Source: an uncultured delta proteobacterium
Lineage (GTDB): Bacteria > Desulfobacterota > Binatia > Bin18
DNA length: 64,000 nt
Reading direction: 5' to 3'
Assembly: GCA_963733195.1 (NCBI GenBank)
Contig: CAVTCR010000062.1
Span: 160,001 to 224,000, forward strand
Every line of letters starts with the position of its first letter. Position 1 is the stretch's first letter. The notes under the pieces are model-generated. The model was not told the origin of the DNA and ran no database searches. It worked only from the letters and a program-made list of their open reading frames with translations. Of the stretch, positions 10,582-22,108 are shown piece by piece. The translations under genes were made by a program, and so were the position numbers.

Positions 10582-12442
10582 ACTTGGCTCCTTGTTTTGC
10601 CTCACCTGCTGTCGCGTAGGGCAGCGTGAACCAGAAGGTACTGCCCTGTCCTCCTTCGCTCTTCACTCCAATATCCCCGCCATGTCCTTGCACAATCTCC
10701 TTGGCAATAGAGAGGCCCAATCCAGCACCACCTACGGGCGCAGCCCGGAACGCGGAAGAATTTGTCAAAGAGGCGCGGTTGATACTCTTTGGGGATGCCG
10801 CCGCCCGTGTCGGTAACTTCAAAACGCACCGAATCGTCCGTCGGCTGTGCGCGCACCCAAACCTCCCCATTCCTGGGCGTGTAGCGGATCGCGTTGGTGA
10901 TGAGGTTCGCAAACACCAGCGCAACGCGCTCCGGGTCCGCCATCACCTCACCGTCTAGCAGCGGTGAGGTGATCTTGAGCTGTATGCCGCGCTCTTCCGC
11001 CGCAGCCTGATGCGCCTCTACCGCAGCTTCCACCAGAGCCGCAGCGGACATTGGGTGCGGATGCATCTCGACGCGGCCGGCCTCGATACGGGAAAGGTCC
11101 AAGAGATCATCGACCATCGCTTGCAGCCGCTCACAGTCCTCCCGTGCGGCATGAAGCAGGTCAGCCTGCTTCTCAGTGACCGGGCCGACCACTTGCTCAA
11201 GGCAGAGATGGATGGCCATGCGCAGAGAAGTCAGCGGGGTGCGAAACTCGTGGGCGACGGTGGCTACAAGGTCGTTCTTTAACTCGTCAAATCGTCGGGG
11301 TCTGGTGACATCCTGGAGGATGACGGTGGCCCCGACGATTCCCCTCTGCGGCTCGTACACCGGGGTCGCCCGCGGCAAGAGGTAGCGGTCGCCCTCCGCC
11401 GAAGACACTCGGATCGCTTCCTCGAAGCCTTTGGGAATGTAGGGTCCTTTCCCGCCTAAAACATGGATACGCAGCCGCTCCAGGACCGCACGCACAGCAG
11501 GGTCGGTATTTTTCAGGGGATCGGTGGTGCCGGCCTCTAATGCCAGTCCGAGCAACGTCTCGGCAGCGCGATTCACGTTACGGACATCCCCTTCGACGCC
11601 AAACACCACCACGGGGTCGGGAAGGCTGTCGATCGCCGCTTGCGAGGCTTGTTGGACCTGAAGCAGCTCGCCGAGTGAACTACGACGGTATTCGTCTAGG
11701 TGGCTCGCCATGGCGTTGAAGTCGCGCGCAAGCTCGGCGAGTTCGTCTTCGCCGTGGGCGGGCGCTCGCGCGGTGAAATCTCCTTCACCAATGCGGCGCG
11801 TCGTCTGACTCAGGATAGAGAGTGGTCGCAGGAGCCGTCTCGTGAGTGAGATCGAGAGGAAAAGTCCGAGCAAAAGCGCGCCTAAGCGCCACGGTAAGAG
11901 TAAGCACCATCATACGCTCTGCAGTGCGGCGGACGGTTTCACTCTTGCGTACCATGGCATCTTGGTTGGTCGCCAAGATTGTTTCTGCAGCCGTCTTTAT
12001 TTCGCGGAAGGTGGGTTCGAGTTCGGTGAAATAGAACTGCTTCGCTGCTTCAGGGTCAGTTGTTTCTTTGAGCCGGTCGAATTTCTCTTGATAGTTCATC
12101 CAACAGCGCGCGGAGCCGCCGGGTAGCGTCTTGCTCGCCCGGTTCAGTAATGTTTCCCTCCTGTACTTTGAGTTCGTTCTCAAATTGTTGCCGAAACTCC
12201 GTCGCCCGCTGCGCCTCCTCATCTCGCAAAGCCGCCAACAGGAGCAAAGGTCCAGTGTCCTCCAGACGTTCGATGGCCTCCTGCATGCGTTGTGCGGCAA
12301 GAACACTTCGATAGTTATCCTTCAAGATGGTTTGAGAATACGAACCCAGGGAAGAGATGATCACCACGGAGAAGATGCACACCAACGCAAGGGCCAGAAT
12401 TAACGGGGCTTGCGCAAGTAAGAGCTTAGTCCGTAAGGTCAT
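10547..12442 (-). CDS. Membrane HAMP-PAS histidine kinase, KinB-like (3 frameshifts)
   Basis: Pieced from ORFs 12056-12442, 11785-12306, 10602-11873 and 10547-10924; H-box [38 protein letters not shown]. Confidence 0.88.
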
Positions 12443-13592
12443 GCTTGTGCCTCCCCGTTTTCCACCGAGATGATGTGCACGTCAAACCCTTCGGCTTCCT
12501 TCGCGAGTCTCAGCGTGATCGACCGCCCGAGTACTTGTCGCCACCAGGGTTGCTGTGAGCGCCCGACGAGGATGTGGGCAACCCCGTGGGTGCGTGCAAA
12601 CTCGAGCAGCGCCGGGACCGGATCTTTCGCTTGTAAACGCACGACTTGGGCGCCAAGCTCGCGGGCCTTCTGCTCGTTCTCAAGAAGGTGACGCTGGGCC
12701 TCGGCGTCGATGCGCAGTAGAGCCTCTTGCGGAGTCTCGACGTAGACGACAAACCAGTCGGTGTTGAGCCGGCCCGCCATGCGGGAGCCGCGTCTAAGCA
12801 GCGTCATGCCATGAGGAGAAGACGACGAGAGGCAGACCATCACCCGTTCACTCGCTGCAGCTTTGCGCGCCGCGTCGTTGGCAGAGATCTGGGCTGAGAC
12901 CGTGTGGTCAATACTCTCAGCGACCTCGCGCAGTGCGATCTCGCGCAGGATCGACAGGTTTTCGGGCTTGAAGAAGTGCTGGAGCGCCCAGGAGACTTTG
13001 TCAGCGCTGTAGATCTTCCCGGCACGGAGGCGATCGAGGAGGTCTTCGGCTGCCAGGTCCAGGTTTACTACCTGGTCCGCCTGCTTCAAGAAGAAGTCTG
13101 GCACAGTCTCACGAACAATGACGCCGGTTGCCTGCTTCACAAGATCGTTCAGGCTTTCGAGATGTTGTACGTTAAAAGCACCAATGACGTTAATGCCAGC
13201 GTCAAGGAGGGCAAGGACGTCCTGGTACCGCTTCTTATACTGGCCTCCGGGAACGTTCGTGTGAGCGAGTTCATCGACGATCGCGACCTGCGGCCGCCGC
13301 GCGAGCGCCGCGTCCAGGTCCATTTCCTCGACCATTACCCCCCGGTACTCGAACCGGCGCCGCGGAATAACTTCCAGTCCCTCGATCAGCGCCGCGGTTT
13401 CGGCGCGGCCATGCGTTTCGACGAAAGCCAGGACAACGTCAACGCCACGCTTTTTGAGAGCGTGGGCTTCTTCTAACATTTGATACGTCTTTCCGACGCC
13501 CGCTGCCGCGCCGATGTAGACTTTTAGCGCCCACGCTTAGCGCGCTCGACCAACTCCAGGAAATCTTCGGCGCGCGGGCGTCCTTCACTCAT
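12439..13592 (-). CDS. kdpD: Stand-alone KdpD N-terminal sensor domain plus Usp domain (no kinase domain)
   Basis: True start MSEGRPRAEDFL at 13592, frameshift near 13528 before LKVYIGAAAGVGKT; DELAHTN, NVQHLESLND; Usp VMVCLSSS...VVYVET; stop overlaps kinase start. Confidence 0.88.
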
Positions 13593-13891
13593 CCCGTCCC
13601 CTCTTGTTGCGTCGCCTCATACTCTGCGAGGCGATGCGCGCGGTACCAGATCCATTGCATACGCTCGCAGCGAGCGTGGCGAGACCACGTACCCCCACAG
13701 GGAAAGAAACGCTTGGTGCTCTGGGAAAAAGAGTCGGCCACAGAGACAAGCCAGAGCAGTGCGCCAATGATTGCTAAGACATGGACAAGAACAGCCTGGC
13801 TTCGTTCACTCTCGTACGTAACTGGGCTTCGATGAGAGCTTGAAGTTTTCTCTATCTGCTTCCGGGGGACGGTAAATGTAAAGGAGTCCAT
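13589..13891 (-). CDS. Hypothetical small membrane protein between kdpC and kdpD
   Basis: About 100 aa from MDSFTF with one hydrophobic segment; stop overlaps kdpD ATG. Confidence 0.4.
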   Translation of the reverse strand: MDSFTFTVPRKQIEKTSSSHRSPVTYESERSQAVLVHVLAIIGALLWLVSVADSFSQSTKRFFPCGGTWSRHARCERMQWIWYRAHRLAEYEATQQEGTG

Positions 13892-13943
13892 AGCCGGTTT
13901 GTTTTCCTGTACGGTGCGCTCAAAACGTAGCGCATTTCCTGGC

Positions 13944-14606
13944 TCAGTCCGCTGCAGACTGACCACCGGAACTGATGGTGACCTCACGCTTTCTATCAGA
14001 TCTTCCGTCCTGCGTTTGTACTGGGGCAGGACGACCGAATTGACGATCGAGCGCAAGATTGAGAAGCAGGAGGTTGACTCTTGGCTCACCAAGTACCCCC
14101 AGGTCTCTTCCTTCAGTCATCGTTTCCACAACGGTTTTGACTCGTTCTGGCGTAATTCCTCGGGCGCTTGCGACGCGGGATACTTGCCATAGCGCTGCCC
14201 GCGGTGAGAGGTGAGGATCGAGCCCACTAGCGGAAGTCGTCACCAGTTCAATAGGAACTGGCCCTGGCGCTCCTGGATTCTCTTCTGTGAGCCGCGCGAG
14301 ATCCTGAACGACGCGATCCTGTAGTTTCTTCGATGTCGGGCCGAGATTAGAACCAGACGAAGCAGTGGCATCATATCCACTGCCTGCGGCCGAGGGACGT
14401 GACTGGAAGTAGGCGGGGTGGGTGAAGCCTTGTCCGACCAATTCCGAGCCGATGACCTGTCCGCGCTCGTCAGTGACGAGACTTCCATTCGCTCGGTACG
14501 GGAACAGAAGCTGGGCCAGCCCGGTGATCACATAGGGATAGATGATTCCCGTCAGGACGAGCGTAACGGCTGTAACGCGTAGGGCAATGAGTAGCGTTTT
14601 CTGCAT
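13944..14606 (-). CDS. kdpC: K+-transporting ATPase subunit C
   Basis: ANGSLV, GSELVGQ, YFQSRPSA, SSGSNLGP, TSASGLDPH, GEPRVNLLLLNLALD. Confidence 0.96.
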   Translation of the reverse strand: MQKTLLIALRVTAVTLVLTGIIYPYVITGLAQLLFPYRANGSLVTDERGQVIGSELVGQGFTHPAYFQSRPSAAGSGYDATASSGSNLGPTSKKLQDRVVQDLARLTEENPGAPGPVPIELVTTSASGLDPHLSPRAALWQVSRVASARGITPERVKTVVETMTEGRDLGVLGEPRVNLLLLNLALDRQFGRPAPVQTQDGRSDRKREVTISSGGQSAAD

Positions 14607-14618
14607 AGTAAATACTCC

Positions 14619-16670
14619 TTACACGAGGCCGAAGGCTTCCAAAATCAAGTCAATGAATTTGATCCCAATGAAAGGCGCAATCACGCCTCCCACGCCGTAG
14701 ATGAGCAACGAGCGCGCCAGCAACGCTCCTGCACCAAGGGGACGATACTGTACGCCTCGGAGCGCCAATGGGATAAGCGCAATAATAATGAGCGCGTTGA
14801 AAATCACCGCCGAGAGAATGGCACTCTGCGGTGAGGCCAGGCGCATGATGTTAAGGGGGGCAATCTCCGGATAGACACCGATGAAGAGAGCAGGGATGAT
14901 GGCAAAATACTTAGCCACGTCGTTGGCGATCGAAAAGGTGGTCAGCACGCCACGGGTCATGAGCAACTGCTTACCGACTTCGACCACTTCCAATAGCTTG
15001 GTGGGATTAGAATCGAGATCAACCATGTTGCCGGCCTCTTTGGCCGCTTGGGTGCCGGTGTTCATGGCGACGCCAACGTCGGCTTGGGCAAGGGCTGGAG
15101 CGTCATTGGTGCCGTCGCCGGTCATCGCCACCAGCTTGCCTTTCGCCTGCTCTTCTTTGATCAGACGCATCTTTGCTTCCGGCGTCGCTTCGGCCAGGAA
15201 GTCATCAACACCAGCCTCTCGGGCGATGGCCGCTGCGGTACGGGGGTTGTCTCCGGTGATCATCACCGTGCGGATGCCCATGGCGCGGAAGCGCTCGAAG
15301 CGCTCTTTGATCCCACCTTTCACCACGTCTTTGAGATGAAGAACTCCCAGGATCCGATTGCCGTCGGAAACAGCGAGTGGCGTCCCGCCTGTATCACTAA
15401 TACGATGCGTGATCGCATCGACCTCAGTCGGAATCTTGCCACCCAGCGCTTTGACATGCACTGTGATCGCATCGACTGCGCCCTTGCGGATGATCCGGCC
15501 GTTGAGGTCGCAGCCGCTCATGCGGGTCTGGGCACTAAAGGGGATAAACTGGGCCCCGGTCTGTTGAATGTCTCGCCCTCGCAGCCCGTAGCGCTCCTTC
15601 GCCAGCACAGTGATGGAGCGCCCTTCAGGCGTCTCGTCAGCCAGACTCGCAAGTTGAGCGGCGTCGGCTAACTCTTCGGCGCGCACCCCGCCTACGGACA
15701 GGAACTCCGTTGCCATGCGATTGCCCAGCGTGATGGTCCCGGTCTTGTCCAGGAGCAGGGTGTCCACATCGCCTGCCGCTTCTACGGCTCGACCACTCAT
15801 AGCCAGGACGTTCTTGCGCAGTAAGCGATCCATGCCAGCGATGCCGATAGCCGAGAGTAGTCCGCCAATGGTGGTGGGGATTAAACACACCAGGAGTGCC
15901 ACGATCACGGTGGCGGAGAGCCCAATCCCTGAATAGAGCGCCAGCGGCACTAAGGTCACGCAGGCGAATAGGAAGACCAGCGTCAGGCCAGCCAGCAAGA
16001 TATTCAGCGCGATTTCGTTGGGCGTCTTCTGCCGCGATGCCCCTTCCACCAAGGCAATCATGCGGTCAAGAAACGACTCACCAGGATCAGTGGAGATCCG
16101 CACCACGATACGATCAGAGAGCACTTTGGTGCCGCCAGTTACGGCTGACCGGTCCCCACCACTTTCGCGAATCACCGGAGCCGACTCTCCGGTGATCGCA
16201 GACTCATCAACCGAGGCGATGCCTTCGATAATCTCTCCGTCGCCTGGGATCAGCTCTCCCGCTTCCACCACGACAACATCGCCTTTGCGCAGTGCGGAAG
16301 CTGGTACTTGCTCTTCGCGGTTGTTCACAAGCCGGCGCGCCGTGGTTTCCTTGCGCATCTTCCGCAAAGTTGCGGCTTGGGCTTTGCCACGCCCTTCGGC
16401 CACGGCCTCGGCGAAGTTAGCGAACACGACGGTAAACCACAGCCAGAAGCTCACCGCGGCGGTGAACCAGAGCGGCTGTGAGCCCGGCGTCGGCGCAACC
16501 AGATCGCGCAGGAAAATGAGTGTGGTGAGCACGCTGCCAATCTCGACTATGAACATGACGGGGTTCTTGATGACGTGCTGTGGCGTCAGTTTGCGAAAGC
16601 TCTCCCAGACTGCCGGCTGCACGATCTCGGGATCAAACAGTGAGAGTTCTCTTTTCATGGAGTCTGCCAT
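14619..16670 (-). CDS. kdpB: K+-transporting P-type ATPase subunit B
   Basis: [42 protein letters not shown]. Confidence 0.98.
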   Translation of the reverse strand: MADSMKRELSLFDPEIVQPAVWESFRKLTPQHVIKNPVMFIVEIGSVLTTLIFLRDLVAPTPGSQPLWFTAAVSFWLWFTVVFANFAEAVAEGRGKAQAATLRKMRKETTARRLVNNREEQVPASALRKGDVVVVEAGELIPGDGEIIEGIASVDESAITGESAPVIRESGGDRSAVTGGTKVLSDRIVVRISTDPGESFLDRMIALVEGASRQKTPNEIALNILLAGLTLVFLFACVTLVPLALYSGIGLSATVIVALLVCLIPTTIGGLLSAIGIAGMDRLLRKNVLAMSGRAVEAAGDVDTLLLDKTGTITLGNRMATEFLSVGGVRAEELADAAQLASLADETPEGRSITVLAKERYGLRGRDIQQTGAQFIPFSAQTRMSGCDLNGRIIRKGAVDAITVHVKALGGKIPTEVDAITHRISDTGGTPLAVSDGNRILGVLHLKDVVKGGIKERFERFRAMGIRTVMITGDNPRTAAAIAREAGVDDFLAEATPEAKMRLIKEEQAKGKLVAMTGDGTNDAPALAQADVGVAMNTGTQAAKEAGNMVDLDSNPTKLLEVVEVGKQLLMTRGVLTTFSIANDVAKYFAIIPALFIGVYPEIAPLNIMRLASPQSAILSAVIFNALIIIALIPLALRGVQYRPLGAGALLARSLLIYGVGGVIAPFIGIKFIDLILEAFGLV

Positions 16671-16671
16671 A

Positions 16672-18397
16672 CTAAAAAACCTTTCCATTCTGAGCCAAAA
16701 AGTGTTCAACGATAGGCCCGAGCGACAACGCCGGGAAGAACGTCAACGCCCCGACAATAATGACAACACTGACCAGGAGCACAACGAAGAGTCCACCGTT
16801 CGTCGGGAAGGTCCCCGGCCCTGGTGGCACCACCTTCTTGCCCACCAGAGACCCGGCAATCGCCAGTGCGGGTACGATCATTAAAAAGCGGCCAATGAGC
16901 ATGGCCAAACCGAGAGTGATGTTGTACCAAGGCGTATTAGCGTTGAGACCAGCAAAGGCCGAGCCGTTATTACCCGTAGCGCTGGTGTAGGCGTACAGGA
17001 TTTCACTCAGTCCATGAGGACCAGCGTTGTTCAGTGAAGAAACCCCATACGGCGCTACCGACGACCACGCAGAGAAATAAAGAATCGAGAGTGGAAAGAT
17101 AAGGACGTACAGCATCGCCAGCTTGATCTCCCGCGCCTCGATCTTCTTGCCGAGATACTCAGGCGTGCGGCCAACCATCAGACCGGCAATAAAGACAGAC
17201 AACAGGACGAAAACCAGCATGCCATACAGCCCAGCGCCAACACCACCGAAGATCACCTCACCGAGCTGAATGTTTACCAGCGGCACGAGGCCACCGAGGG
17301 GAGTGAAGCTATCGTGCATCGAGTTGACCGCGCCGCACGAGGCGTTGGTAGTAACCGTCGCAAAAAGGGCTGAGTTGACCACACCGAAGCGGACCTCCTT
17401 GCCCTCCATATTCCCCGCCGTTTGATCTACCGCCAAGATTTGCAACGCTGGGTTGCCAGTTGACTCGAAATGATACGCAGTCGTTACGCCCATGAAAAAC
17501 ATCACCGCCATGGCGGCAAAGATAGCCCAGCCTTGCTTTCTGATCCCGCGCCATACGGCCATAGGTGTAGGTCAGCGCCGCTGGTATGGCGAAGATCAAC
17601 ACCATTTCGATGAAATTCGTCAATGGTGTCGAACTCTCAAAGGGATGGGCGCTGTTAGCGTTGAAGAAGCCACCGCCATTGGTGCCGAATTCCTTGATGA
17701 CTTCTTGTGAAGCGACCGGACCCATCGCGAGAGTTTGCTTGGCGCCTTCCAGAGTAGTGAGGTCTACATAAGGCGAAAAGTTTTGGATAAGCCCTTGCGA
17801 GACCAATACCAGCGCAACCGGGATGCAGATCGGCAGCAGCACGTACACCGTCGCGCGGATCAGATCGACCCAGAAGTTGCCGATTGTCGGTGGGTCACCA
17901 GGCCGCAACCGGTACGTCAGCCCGCGAGCTAAGGCGATAGCGATAGCCATACCGGCTGCGGCGGAGATGAAATTGTGCCAGGCAAGCCCCGCCATCTGCG
18001 TCAGATAGCTCATGGTGGATTCACCAGAGTATGACTGCCAGTTCGTGTTCGTCGTGAAGCTCGCCGCGGTATTGAACGCAAGCTCTGCTGGCACCGGACC
18101 AAACTGCTGCGGGTTCAACGGCAGCACGTGCTGCAGTCGCTCAATGGCGTAGGTCACCAGCAGCGTGATGCCGCTAAAAAGGAGGAGCGCGATGGTATAG
18201 TCTGTCCACTTCTGCTGCTCCTTGGGATTGACCCCGCAGAGCCGGTACAGCCCGCGCTCAATCGGGCCAAAGAAGCGCGGCAGGGGCTGCTGGTCTCCTT
18301 CGAAGACACGAAACATATAGATGCCTAGCGGCTTGGTCACCGCCAGGATCACCAGAGAGTAAAGAAGAATCTGAAACCACCCATTTGCCGACATCAT
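16672..18397 (-). CDS. kdpA: K+-transporting ATPase subunit A (frameshift near 17545)
   Basis: [54 protein letters not shown]. Confidence 0.96.
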
Positions 18398-18460
18398 TGC
18401 CCCCTAACTTTCTTATGTGAGAAGCGTCCCAGTGTATAAATGCCCGTGTTCGCATCCCTG

Positions 18461-18550
18461 CTAGAACCGCTCTGGCCACAGGAGCGCATACACTAAATAG
18501 CCCATCAGCAGGACCGACAGGATGCCGCCAAGTACGTATTCCAGAGTCAT
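18461..18550 (-). CDS. kdpF: KdpF subunit (29 aa; not in the ORF track)
   Basis: Manual translation MTLEYVLGGILSVLLMGYLVYALLWPERF, with the canonical KdpF C-terminus YLxYAL..PE.F. Confidence 0.92.
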   Translation of the reverse strand: MTLEYVLGGILSVLLMGYLVYALLWPERF

Positions 18551-18559
18551 AAATTTCTC

Positions 18560-18643
18560 CTATAGGCGATCGCAGCCAAGCGTATAGGCACATGCGATCG
18601 CAAAAAATATTATTGTCGTTGCGAGAAACAGTACATCCAGCAT
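18560..18643 (-). CDS. 27-aa hydrophobic peptide upstream of kdpF
   Basis: MLDVLFLATTIIFFAIACAYTLGCDRL with GAGGAGG RBS; first ORF after the sigma-54 promoter. Confidence 0.75.
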   Translation of the reverse strand: MLDVLFLATTIIFFAIACAYTLGCDRL

Positions 18644-18677
18644 AGCTTCCCTCCTCAAGAAAGTGTCTCTCCTGTGG

Positions 18678-18694
18678 CGCAATAGTCGTACCAA
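18678..18694 (-). promoter_or_regulatory. Sigma-54 (-24/-12) promoter of the kdp operon
   Basis: Minus strand TTGGTACGACTATTGCG against consensus TGGCACG-N4-TTGC, with correct GG-N10-GC spacing. Confidence 0.82.
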
Positions 18695-18755
18695 GACAAA
18701 GGAAAGAAAGCTGCGAAAAACCCAAGAGGAGAGATATTGAAGGAAGCAAGGTTCG

Positions 18756-18853
18756 TGCAGAGTGCATGATGGTAGGGCTCAGCATATCGCAAAACGCAAG
18801 ATGGTTACCGGCAGCCAACTGTGACTCCTCTCATGATTTTCCTAAGTTTTCTC
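18756..18853. promoter_or_regulatory. Putative enhancer: two (T/C)GCA-N3-(T/C)GCA boxes 32 bp apart plus a conserved block
   Basis: TGCAGAGTGCA (18756) and CGCAAAACGCA (18788), then GCCAACTGTGACTCCTCTCATGATTT; same layout at 26590-26683. Confidence 0.7.
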
Positions 18854-19470
18854 ACTCCTTGTCATAGGAAGGTTCCTTCGAGTGTCGAGCTATCTAGGAA
18901 GTCTAACGCGAGAGGAATTCAAGTCCATTCGTGATGGTGTCCAGCGCGTCTTCGATCTCGGGGGTGAACGGGAAGTTCCGTAGCCCGGATGCAAGCCGGG
19001 CACGAAACCTGCGACTGGAACCGCCGCACTTTTGGTTCGAGTTCGCCGGCACCTGTTCCCACGTCAGGGGGCTTGCATACTGCAAACCTGTCCCCACCCC
19101 TGCGGCAACAGCTCCCTGGATGTGTTCAGCACTTTACTGCCGTCCCCCTTGTCAGCCAGAGGGACAACCGCTTGAGCAGAGGCGTATGCAGCAGTGAAAA
19201 TGCGGGCCCGGTATAGTTATATGCAGCGACATTTTGCCTCTGCCTTCCTTCGGGCGTTCTTCGGACTGCTTCTGCTGAGCAGCTGGGGCGTCTCTATACT
19301 CGGTGAGGGGCGCCCGCAGCACCCCGCGTCTCCGGCTATGAGCTTTGCTGCAGTGAATCACGGTGCTGGCAACGCACCCTATCTCGGGACAACGTCTGCT
19401 ACGGTCGAACTGAGCCTGCGGTGTGAGCAGAATAGCAAACGGCCGCGCCCGAAAATCTACTCCACGTTCC

Positions 19471-20916
19471 GGTCAAGAGCCTCGGTTCCTGTAACCTGGG
19501 TTAGGCAGCAGACGCGGCACTTCTGCGAGTTGGTACATAGGGTGATGGCTCGCTCATACTCACTTCCTGTTCGTCCAGCTTGAGTTGCGTTCGTAAGCTG
19601 TGAATCTGTTGTTGCTCAAATTCACTAAAACACTTCTTGCCCCAGCGCTCACTGACGCGGATCAACACGCCAAAGACTAAGTGCACTAAACTCCCTTCGG
19701 TCCACAGGTGCGGGATGACTTTGGTCCGCCGCCGTTCTTCGACAAAGGCCCGCTCGACCAGATTGGACGTGCGCACGTATTGTTGATGACGTTTGGGCAC
19801 GGCGAGATGATTGAGGCTGGCCTCGGCATCATCAAGTAAACAGCGACAGAGTTCGGGAAACTCGCGCTGATACCGTTCCACAATGGCGTCGCGCCGTTGC
19901 TCCCCCTTCTCCTGGCTCGGGGCATCGCGCATATCCACCAGTAACGCTTTCACCTCCGGCCAGGTTTGGGCGGGCACTTTTTGTTGGAGGTTTTGCATCT
20001 TATGAAACCAACAGCGAATGCGCAGAGATTTGGGCCACACCGCATCAATGGCTTGCGTCAAGCCGATCGCGCCATCAGTCGTGATCGTGGCTGGGGGCCG
20101 CAGCCCCCGTTTCACGAGGTCGCGGAAGACCTCCCGGCAACTCTCAAAACTTTCACTATTGGCCGTCGAGAGACTCAACAACACTTTGCGTCCATCTTCA
20201 CAGATCGCCCACACACAGAGCACGCCGGTTTTCTGGCCCCAGCGGCGGAGCGGTTCATAGACGGTGTCAATAAAGAGGTAGGCGACCGGCTCCTGCCGCA
20301 AATCGCGCGTGCGAAATGCCTCATATTCCTCGGCTAAACTCTCCGCGATCTCACTGACCGTGCGTTGCGAGAGCAGAAAGTGCCCCACCGCACTCTCTAA
20401 CCCCTGCTCAATATCCCGCTGCGACATCCCGCCCACATACATTTCCACAATGAGCTTCTTGAGCACCTCACTGGTGTGACTCATATTGTTCCATAACTGC
20501 GAGCGATACGGTTCGGCCTGGCCCCGAATCTGCGGCACTTTGACGTGCAAGACGCCCTCGCCGGTTTTCAGTGTCCCATTTTCATACCCATTGCGGTAGC
20601 CGACCTTCTCCCCTCGCAGTTCATACCGTCCACGGCCGAGGGCCATCGCCTGTTCCTGTTCTAAGGCTTCTTGCAAAATCCGTTCGGTCGAGAGTCGAAC
20701 CAAGAGACTCAACAATTCTTCTCCACTTTGCCCTTCCGCCTGTCCCTGCAACAAGGCTCGTAACGCCTGGGCCTTTTGTTCACTCGGTGCTATCTTCTTC
20801 TCCATACGGGAGTCCTCCTTCTCGGTTTGGGTTAATCGTTCTCACAATCCGATTACCTACCCTAGAAGTGATTCCCGTCTACTCCCTTGCTGTTTACAGG
20901 AGAACTACCTGATACC
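19471..20916 (-). mobile_element. IS256-family insertion sequence with 9-bp target-site duplication
   Basis: CCACGTTCC flanks both sides (19462-19470, 20917-20925); imperfect terminal IRs sharing GGT...TCCTGTAA. Confidence 0.88.
19501..20805 (-). CDS. IS256-family (Mutator-type) transposase, intact
   Basis: YRNGY, YLFIDTVY, TDGAIGL, RCWFHKMQN, RTSNLVER..EERRR. Confidence 0.95.
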   Translation of the reverse strand: MEKKIAPSEQKAQALRALLQGQAEGQSGEELLSLLVRLSTERILQEALEQEQAMALGRGRYELRGEKVGYRNGYENGTLKTGEGVLHVKVPQIRGQAEPYRSQLWNNMSHTSEVLKKLIVEMYVGGMSQRDIEQGLESAVGHFLLSQRTVSEIAESLAEEYEAFRTRDLRQEPVAYLFIDTVYEPLRRWGQKTGVLCVWAICEDGRKVLLSLSTANSESFESCREVFRDLVKRGLRPPATITTDGAIGLTQAIDAVWPKSLRIRCWFHKMQNLQQKVPAQTWPEVKALLVDMRDAPSQEKGEQRRDAIVERYQREFPELCRCLLDDAEASLNHLAVPKRHQQYVRTSNLVERAFVEERRRTKVIPHLWTEGSLVHLVFGVLIRVSERWGKKCFSEFEQQQIHSLRTQLKLDEQEVSMSEPSPYVPTRRSAASAA

Positions 20917-21307
20917 CCACGTTCCTTGCCACTCCTAACGCGGGTGCGCCACCCCGCAGCGCGCGAGCGCAAACCCTTCCCCGCACGCGTCCCGACGCTT
21001 TTGTGTCACCACGGAAGTTATGCCCCTCCCCTAATGACGACGACCCGTTCCTCAGCTAGCCGTCCACTCTTCTCATAATGCCTCTTCGCCTGAGGGCGAA
21101 GGGGATAGTCCTCCGTTGATTGACGCGCCCCTGTCCGAGGTGTGCGTCGCGGATATTTTTCCTTAACTGCTCAGGAGGGTACGATGGCACACGGGTCACA
21201 AGAGGGAGCGAGCGATCGCATTATTCACCCTAGAAGGTTCCGGCATAACCTCCGGTCTGGGAACAGGTGTCGGTAACGTATGGATTAAGGGACGAAGGAG
21301 GACGAAC

Positions 21308-22108
21308 GTGCTGAGCATTTTTCTGCTGGGATTTTTCTCACCAGTCACCGCGCAATATGAAACCCCGCTGCTCTCTCAAGGCCCCATCGCCCAGCTTGTG
21401 CTGGGTTCTGAACAGATTGTTCAGGGGGTGTTCTATCTTCTGTTTTTCTCCTCGGTCGCCAGTTGGGGAATTATTTTCTACAAGTTTTACCAGGTGTACT
21501 CGGCACGTCGGCTGGCGGGGCACTTCCGCGCGGCATTTGAGGGGAGTGATGATCTCACGTCCCTGTACGCCGCCAGCCTAAAGATGAACGCCAATCCCCT
21601 TACCGCCGTCTTCCACGCCGGATATCAGGAACTGCGGCGGCTCGCGCGCACTCTCTACCCCTCCCACCCCCCATCACTCTCCCGCCGCACCTAACGAAGG
21701 GCGAATGGAAAAGGTGGAGCGTGCGATGCGCCGGGCAGTGCGCGAGCAGGCAGCCTGGTTGGAACATGCTCTCCCCTTTCTCGCCACCACGGCGATTACG
21801 GCACCGTTCATCGGACTGTTCGGCACAGTCATCCGGCATCGTACACGCGTTTCATGGCCTCAGTCTGGCGCAGTCCACCAGTATCCAAGCGGTTGCCCCG
21901 GGGATTGCCGAGGCCTTGGTCAGCCACTGCCGTCGGGCTCTTCGTCGCCATTCCCGCAGTCGTCGCGTTCAACCATTTCAGCCTCCACGTACAGAAGTTA
22001 CACGGGGAAATGGAAACCCTCTCCACCGAGTTTCTCACCCTTGCCGAGGGCATCCCCCTTTACGCCACGCCCGGGGACGCGGTCGCAGGAGACCATCATG
22101 CCGCTTAA
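21308..22108 (+). CDS. tolQ: MotA/TolQ/ExbB proton-channel protein (frameshifted)
   Basis: SVASWGIIFYK, LPFLATTAITAPFIGLFGTV, IQAVAPGIAEAL, ATAVGLFVAIPAV split over three frames. Confidence 0.8.

Larger units (their letters stand above)
19221..21058 (+). pseudogene. Signal-peptide-bearing hypothetical ORF interrupted by IS256
   Basis: MQRHFASAFLRAFFGLLLLSSWG...PKIYSTF rejoins in frame across the target duplication to LATPNAG...NDDDPFLS-stop. Confidence 0.5.

Noticed and set aside
16018-16884. Long antisense or alternate-frame ORFs (also 23086-23988, 34712-35689, 57416-58438)
   Set aside because: Shadows of real genes in GC-rich DNA, with no independent coding features
18640-18860. c-di-AMP or other riboswitch upstream of kdp
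   Set aside because: No ydaO-like conserved elements seen; the region is explained by the sigma-54 promoter and enhancer
18860-19200. Short ORFs upstream of the kdp enhancer
   Set aside because: No recognisable motif, RBS or consistent frame
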